NCBI GenBank assembly: GCA_029856365.1
Contig: JAHQWW010000025.1
Span: 1-44,017, forward strand
DNA length: 44,017 bases
Reading direction: 5' to 3'
Source: Candidatus Hodarchaeota archaeon
GTDB lineage: Archaea > Asgardarchaeota > Heimdallarchaeia > Hodarchaeales > Hodarchaeaceae
The notes under the pieces are model-generated. The model saw only the letters and a list, made by a program, of their open reading frames with translations. It was not told the origin of the DNA and searched no databases. Position 1 is the first letter of the stretch. Each line of letters opens with the position of its first letter. The position numbers and the translations under genes are program-made. Below, one piece after another: positions 39,215 through 44,017 of this stretch.

Positions 39215-40936
39215 ATGGAGAATTTTTGTATGAGTCAAGAACCATTTTTCTGGAAAAAACATTGGGATGAAGGTGTAAAAGACCTTAATCCACAACTTTG
39301 GAATACGACCTATCCCCAAGCAATTAGAGATACTTTTGAAACATTGCCGAATAATTTAGCCCTAGAATATCTCGGAGTGGAAATCACTTTTGGTAAATTA
39401 GATCGTTATTCAAATCAATTTGCTCATATGTTAATTGAAGAGGGTTTTCAAACGGGAGATAGGATCGGGATCAACTTACCTAACATTCCCCAATTTATTA
39501 TTGCATTACTCGGAGCATTAAAGGCAGGCTGTGTTGTTACAGGTGTTTCTTTCCTCCTCTCTGAGGATCAGTTATTATATCAATTGAGAGATTCGGAAGC
39601 TAAGGGGATAGTAACTTGGGACGTGATTTTTGAAGAAAAATTGATGAATATCGCACCACAGCTGCCTAACCTGCAATTATACGTTTGTGCAAGCATTGGG
39701 GGATTTTTACCAAAGGTGAAGCAAGTCTTAGGTAAACTACTTGGAAAGATACCGAAAGGTAAAGTGGTTCCTCTCAGTGGAAAAACGGTCTTCAATTTCA
39801 TGGACGTTATCAAAACTGAACGTTACTCGACATCCTTACCAGAAAACAGATTAACTCCTGATGATGTCGCCTATGTTCTCTATACAGGAGGAACCACTGG
39901 CCCGCCTAAAGGAGCTATGCTCACGCATCGTAATATTATGTCAAACATCTTTATGGTAATGAAGTGGTTGAACTGGGAGAAGGGTAGCGGGAGAGCGCTT
40001 TCAGGATTTCCTTTTTTTCATATAGCAGGTTTGTTTTTCTGTGAAAATTGTATAATCCTCGGTTGGCCTCAATTACTTGTTCCAAATCCTCGTGATACTG
40101 ACCATATATGCAAATTAATGGAGAAATATCAACCTACATGTGTAGTTAATGTACCGAGCCTTTTTCAGATGTTGATTAAAAATCCCAAATTTAAAGAATT
40201 AGATCATTCAAAGTTAGATACCTGCATTTCATCGGCCTCTCCATTCCCAGTGGAGTCCCAAAAGGAATTGGAAAGTATTGTAGGACAAGGAAAATTACTT
40301 GAAGTTTATGGAATGACTGAGACTTCCCCCTTAATAACTATGAATCCTTACCGAGGAGTAAAGAAGTTGGGTACTATTGGTTTGCCTTTAATGAACACAG
40401 AAATTAAATTAGTAGATCCTGGTACTGGAGATAAAGTTAAACTTGGAAATGCAGGTGAAATTTGTGTGAAAGGTCCCCAAGTAATGAAAGAGTATTGGAA
40501 TAAACCTGAAGAAACAAAAAAAACTATTGATGAGAATGGTTACATTCATACTGGGGATGTGGCGATCATGGATGAAGATGGATACCTGCGAATTGTTGAT
40601 CGTACAAAAGATATGATTATTGTTGGGGGTTTCAAGGTATTTTCTAGCAAATTAGAAGATACCCTGACTGAACATCCAGCTATAAACATGATCGCTACTA
40701 TTGGAGTTCCTAATCCAGACCGCCCAGGTTCCGAACTTATCAAAGCATATATCACAATCTCTCCAGATTATAAGTTTGATGGAGACAATGATCGCTTAAC
40801 AGAGGAAATAATTAAGTGGACAAAAGAAAAAGTCTCTCCTTATGAGGTTCCAAAAATCATTGAGATTCGTGAAGCATTACCCCTGACCACCGTCGGTAAG
40901 GTGGACAAGAAACTATTAAGGCAAGAAATTCAATAA
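39215..40936 (+). CDS. fadD: Long-chain fatty-acid--CoA ligase (AMP-binding)
   Basis: YTGGTTGPPKG, YGMTE, HTGD, DRTKD and VGKVDK. Confidence 0.93.
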   Translation: MENFCMSQEPFFWKKHWDEGVKDLNPQLWNTTYPQAIRDTFETLPNNLALEYLGVEITFGKLDRYSNQFAHMLIEEGFQTGDRIGINLPNIPQFIIALLGALKAGCVVTGVSFLLSEDQLLYQLRDSEAKGIVTWDVIFEEKLMNIAPQLPNLQLYVCASIGGFLPKVKQVLGKLLGKIPKGKVVPLSGKTVFNFMDVIKTERYSTSLPENRLTPDDVAYVLYTGGTTGPPKGAMLTHRNIMSNIFMVMKWLNWEKGSGRALSGFPFFHIAGLFFCENCIILGWPQLLVPNPRDTDHICKLMEKYQPTCVVNVPSLFQMLIKNPKFKELDHSKLDTCISSASPFPVESQKELESIVGQGKLLEVYGMTETSPLITMNPYRGVKKLGTIGLPLMNTEIKLVDPGTGDKVKLGNAGEICVKGPQVMKEYWNKPEETKKTIDENGYIHTGDVAIMDEDGYLRIVDRTKDMIIVGGFKVFSSKLEDTLTEHPAINMIATIGVPNPDRPGSELIKAYITISPDYKFDGDNDRLTEEIIKWTKEKVSPYEVPKIIEIREALPLTTVGKVDKKLLRQEIQ

Positions 40937-40958
40937 GCTCCCTTCAAAAGGAATTCAT

Positions 40959-41621
40959 ATGTCTATTGTATATTTATACGGGTTTGCTTCGGGGCCTCAA
41001 TCGAATAAAGCTCAATTTTTCAAAGAAAAGTTTTCTTCATTGGATGTACACTTTGATATTTTTGATTATATTCCTAATGAGGAGAGTTTTATTAACTTAA
41101 AAACATCTTCCCTGTTAAAAAGTCTCCATTCATACTTAGAATTAAATTATGCCAATGAAGAGATTATTTTATTCGGATCAAGTTTTGGTGCATTATTATC
41201 AGTTTGGTATGTAACTAAACATCCTGAAAGAATCAAGAAACTCATTTTAATGGCTCCAGGCCTGCGATTTTCTGCATCTTACATATCTGAAAAACATGGC
41301 ATTAATTCCTCAATCTGGAAAAAGCAAGGGTCGATAAACATCTTTCATTATCGATACAATCGAGAAATTCCGTTGAATTATACATTTTATGAAGATCTTG
41401 TAGAAAATCCTCCACCGGATTTTGATAAATTAGAGATTCCAATTCCCATACTGATCCTTCATGGCAATTCAGACAATGTTGTTCCAATAGCATGGAGTAA
41501 ACAATTTGTTAATCACAATCGACAGGTCTTACTCCACGTATTAAATGGAAACCACCAATTGTTAGATCAAAAGGATACAATGTGGGATTTAGTTAAAGAT
41601 TTTCTAAATTTATCGAGTTAA
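40959..41621 (+). CDS. YqiA/YcfP-family alpha/beta esterase
   Basis: YLYGFASGPQSNKA, GSSFG, HGNSD and GNH. Confidence 0.88.
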   Translation: MSIVYLYGFASGPQSNKAQFFKEKFSSLDVHFDIFDYIPNEESFINLKTSSLLKSLHSYLELNYANEEIILFGSSFGALLSVWYVTKHPERIKKLILMAPGLRFSASYISEKHGINSSIWKKQGSINIFHYRYNREIPLNYTFYEDLVENPPPDFDKLEIPIPILILHGNSDNVVPIAWSKQFVNHNRQVLLHVLNGNHQLLDQKDTMWDLVKDFLNLSS

Positions 41622-41628
41622 ATCAGAT

Positions 41629-42006
41629 CTAAGTAAGGTTATATATGATTTCTTCCAATTCTTCCCTCACCTGGGTGCTGAGTTTTTGTAGTTCCTTCCC
41701 TTGAATGGTGATTGCTTCATATTTGGGATTCGCCCACCCAACTAACATGGGCCACACGTTCACGCCAGTATTATGTTCATCTTGGACTTTCAAGAGTGGT
41801 GCAAGTAAGAGTTCGATTTCATGGTAAGTCTTTTTTGATAATTTAAACCTCAATAAAGGACAAAAGAATTGGTCACCATGTTTTATCAGAGGCCGTATAT
41901 CTTGAGAATAACATAATGCATCCTTTCCAAGCTGAAGAACACAACCTGCTTGAAAATCATACCTTTCTATACGAAAAGGGCACCAACCCATGTTTAGTGC
42001 TGGCAT
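41629..42006 (-). CDS. Uncharacterised Cys4 protein, paralog B
   Basis: Aligns end-to-end with the 42242-42649 product; ATG 42006 matches the paralog N-terminus (alternative starts 42030/42033). Confidence 0.85.
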   Translation of the reverse strand: MPALNMGWCPFRIERYDFQAGCVLQLGKDALCYSQDIRPLIKHGDQFFCPLLRFKLSKKTYHEIELLLAPLLKVQDEHNTGVNVWPMLVGWANPKYEAITIQGKELQKLSTQVREELEEIIYNLT

Positions 42007-42034
42007 CGAAAGCCTCTGAGGGTGTAACATCAAG

Positions 42035-42177
42035 AAATCTGGGTCAAGCTTGTGATATTATATTAGGGTTTTTCTTGTGAAATTTCAACCCTACTCTAGT
42101 TTCCTCCTTAAGGAGTTTAAAAAAGTAACCATTCTTGACCAGATATAACTCCAAAATACGGAGAGTTATGAGGTTAC
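42035..42177 (-). ncRNA. Candidate structured leader RNA or palindromic inserted element
   Basis: Five sets of inverted repeats in 143 nt; absent from the equivalent position upstream of paralog A. Confidence 0.45.
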
Positions 42178-42199
42178 ATATTTTTTAAAGCTTACCAAA
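42178..42199 (-). promoter_or_regulatory. BRE/TATA-like promoter, copy B
   Basis: Minus strand TTTGGTAAGCTTTAAAAAATAT; 19/22 identical to 42669-42690. Confidence 0.65.
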
Positions 42200-42241
42200 G
42201 AAAATGCCAGTACTTCTGTTGAGAAAAGTATCTATATAGGT

Positions 42242-42649
42242 TTAAGTGAGATCTAATACTATTTCTTGTAATTCTTCCCTCACTTTTTGGCTTATTTGTT
42301 GGATCTCTTTCCCCTTTGTTGTGATTGATTCCTCTTTTGGAGTCGTTATCTTGGAATTCCGACAAAAAACTGGCCATAAATTAATGACAGTCTCTTGTTC
42401 GTCCTGAACGATTAGAATTGAAGAAACAATTTTATCAATTTCTCTGTAAATTTCTCTGGATAATCGCAATTTTTTTACTAAAGGACATGTGTAATAATAT
42501 TTCTGTGGTTCTTCTGCCTCATAGCATATTAATGGTCTTTGATCTCGTGTGTAACAGAATTTATCTCTTCCTAGTTGAAGAACACACCCTACTTGGAAAC
42601 CAGGTTTAGCCACCCGAAATGGACAAAATCCTCTCTTTTCGATAATCAT
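42242..42649 (-). CDS. Uncharacterised Cys4 protein, paralog A (probably leaderless)
   Basis: CPFR...GCVLQLG...CY...RPLI...CPL; ATG 42649 lies about 31 nt from the start of the TATA box. Confidence 0.85.
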   Translation of the reverse strand: MIIEKRGFCPFRVAKPGFQVGCVLQLGRDKFCYTRDQRPLICYEAEEPQKYYYTCPLVKKLRLSREIYREIDKIVSSILIVQDEQETVINLWPVFCRNSKITTPKEESITTKGKEIQQISQKVREELQEIVLDLT

Positions 42650-42668
42650 TACATTTTTCACATCAAGT

Positions 42669-42690
42669 ATATTTTTTAAACATTGCCAAA
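42669..42690 (-). promoter_or_regulatory. BRE/TATA-like promoter, copy A
   Basis: Minus strand TTTGGCAATGTTTAAAAAATAT at canonical spacing to ATG 42649. Confidence 0.7.
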
Positions 42691-42849
42691 ACCCAAGTCT
42701 TTAACCGAAATTTTGCCTCTTATACATAATTCAAGAAACACACTAGCTTAAAATGTCTTGATTAGAATTTGTTTAAATAAATATAACAAATTTCCTTTAT
42801 TAAAATGCCATTTTCATTTCACTTTTTTACTTTTGATAGCTGATTACGT

Positions 42850-43581
42850 ATGTACACAGATGAGATTTCGGATGAGGCAAGAAAATGGATGATTTGGTTT
42901 CTTTTAAAAACCAATTTAATAATTATTGGCTTATTTCTTTTATTTAATGGCTTAATAAATGAAGAATTTTTTATAGTGATGGTAGCATTAGTACTTTTCT
43001 TTGTTGGAGGGGTTTTAGCATATCGAGATATCCGAAACGATCCTTATCAAATGCTTAAGCTACTAAAAATTCAAACTCTCCTTTGGTGGCGCTTACGTGG
43101 ACCCCTCATTTTCCGCAAACCTTTTTTTTATCACTTTCCTGAAGGAAACCAGTTACAGCAACAGTATTTAGTTCGATCTATTTCTGTTCAACAAAAAGAC
43201 TTAATTCTGGGTGCAAAGATGCTCACAACTGTTAAAATAGCTCAACTATGTCCTGAATGTAGTGGGAAAAGAAGTAAACCAATGACTGTTCAGGTAGAGT
43301 GCTCTCATTGCCAAAATGGACGACAAATGCACTCATTAGGAGCAATGACCATTCCTATCCCCTGTAATCACTGTCTAGGGATTGGATGGATCCCCGTACA
43401 CCCCTGTCCTGTCTGTCGAGGAGAAGGAAGTGTTTGGCGGAAACAGACAATCCGTGTTTATATTCCTCCATATTCTTCTGTGGGAACTAGGCTTCGTATT
43501 CCAACACTTGGTAGGATAAATCCGAAGACTCTCCAACAGGGGGATTTGTTTTTGGAAATAAGAAAAAAATATTTATTTTAA
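42850..43581 (+). CDS. Membrane-anchored DnaJ zinc-finger/CTD-I protein lacking a J domain
   Basis: Two N-terminal TM helices; CPECSG, CSHCQNG, CNHCLGIG, CPVCRGEG; V-x-IPP...G-x-RLRI...G...GDLF. Confidence 0.88.
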   Translation: MYTDEISDEARKWMIWFLLKTNLIIIGLFLLFNGLINEEFFIVMVALVLFFVGGVLAYRDIRNDPYQMLKLLKIQTLLWWRLRGPLIFRKPFFYHFPEGNQLQQQYLVRSISVQQKDLILGAKMLTTVKIAQLCPECSGKRSKPMTVQVECSHCQNGRQMHSLGAMTIPIPCNHCLGIGWIPVHPCPVCRGEGSVWRKQTIRVYIPPYSSVGTRLRIPTLGRINPKTLQQGDLFLEIRKKYLF

Positions 43582-43749
43582 TCTAAAACTGACATATTCC
43601 TAATATTAAAGCCATTCTATTTCAGAGGACGATATTATTTCATTTTTTATGAAAAACGTATTTTTCTTAAGTATCAATTATTCATAACCGATTACAGTAA
43701 TCAAACCATCATTGATGGCTAAAAAGGACCACAAGGGAAGAATATAAAG

Positions 43750-44017
43750 ATGAATGATAATGAATTGAAACAAGCTTTGATTAATGAAGCAAAAAAATTA
43801 GAATCATATGTAATTGAAAAGCGTCGCCATATTCACATGTATCCTGAAACTTCTTATGAAGAGGAAAAGACTGCTTCATTAATTGAAGGTGAGCTGCAAA
43901 AAATAGGATATGAAACACAGAGAGTAGCTAAAACTGGTGTTCTTACGATTCTTGAAGGACCCAAAGAAGGGAAAACAGTTGCTCTACGAGCAGATATTGA
44001 CGCATTAAATATTACTG
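43750..44017 (+). CDS. M20D-family amidohydrolase, 5' part (runs off the window)
   Basis: Translated by hand: MNDNELKQ...RRHIHMYPETSYEEEKT...KTGV...GKTVALRADIDAL. Confidence 0.92.
   Translation, partial: MNDNELKQALINEAKKLESYVIEKRRHIHMYPETSYEEEKTASLIEGELQKIGYETQRVAKTGVLTILEGPKEGKTVALRADIDALNIT

Noticed and set aside
42063-42093. TTAGGG/AACCCTA telomere- or telomerase-template-like words
   Set aside because: Single copies that form the two arms of one hairpin; no tandem array or reverse transcriptase nearby
42044-42154. uORFs in the insert (36-aa TTG ORF 42154-42044; 13-aa ATG ORF 42132-42091)
   Set aside because: Short and motif-free; cannot be distinguished from chance without Ribo-seq
42148-42165. 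Resemblance of minus-strand CTCCGTATTTTGG to the Moco RNA motif, and of GTCAAG/TTGACCAG to HEARO/omegaRNA
   Set aside because: Elements are in the wrong order or context and no moa, IscB or TnpB gene is adjacent; would need an Infernal hit
1-44017. Selenocysteine/pyrrolysine recoding, CRISPR arrays, tRNA/rRNA, intact transposases
   Set aside because: No conserved gene is interrupted at a catalytic position by TGA/TAG; no regularly spaced repeats, cloverleaf signatures or DDE/HUH/DEDD ORFs were seen by eye

Overview
AT-rich (roughly 35% GC by eye), gene-dense chromosomal window with about 45 CDSs. I found no rRNA, tRNA, CRISPR array or intact transposase. TATA/BRE-like promoters, T-rich terminators, two tungsten AOR-family enzymes, a SAMP/MoaD protein and three proteins with C-terminal TM+basic sorting tails point to an archaeon, most plausibly an Asgard (Heimdallarchaeia/Hodarchaeales-like) lineage; this assignment is inference, not a search result. 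Most content is metabolic: AOR, a ferredoxin+AOR pair resembling GOR, a bacterial-type TIM, a HICDH/IDH-family dehydrogenase, an orphan CitF, an NMNAT+CinA pair, a Zn/Mn ABC system with a DtxR-like regulator, and a lipid/fatty-acid cluster. The best candidate for an undescribed system is 41629-43581. It holds two tandem paralogous Cys4 proteins of no family I recognise, with duplicated promoters. One copy carries an extra ~142-nt, multi-stem, switch-like insert between promoter and CDS. Divergent from them is a membrane-anchored, J-domain-less DnaJ zinc-finger protein. Several otherwise familiar proteins have altered catalytic or ligand motifs (TIM loop 6, CinA, CPBP protease, DtxR, HEPN-like protein, K+ channel filter).
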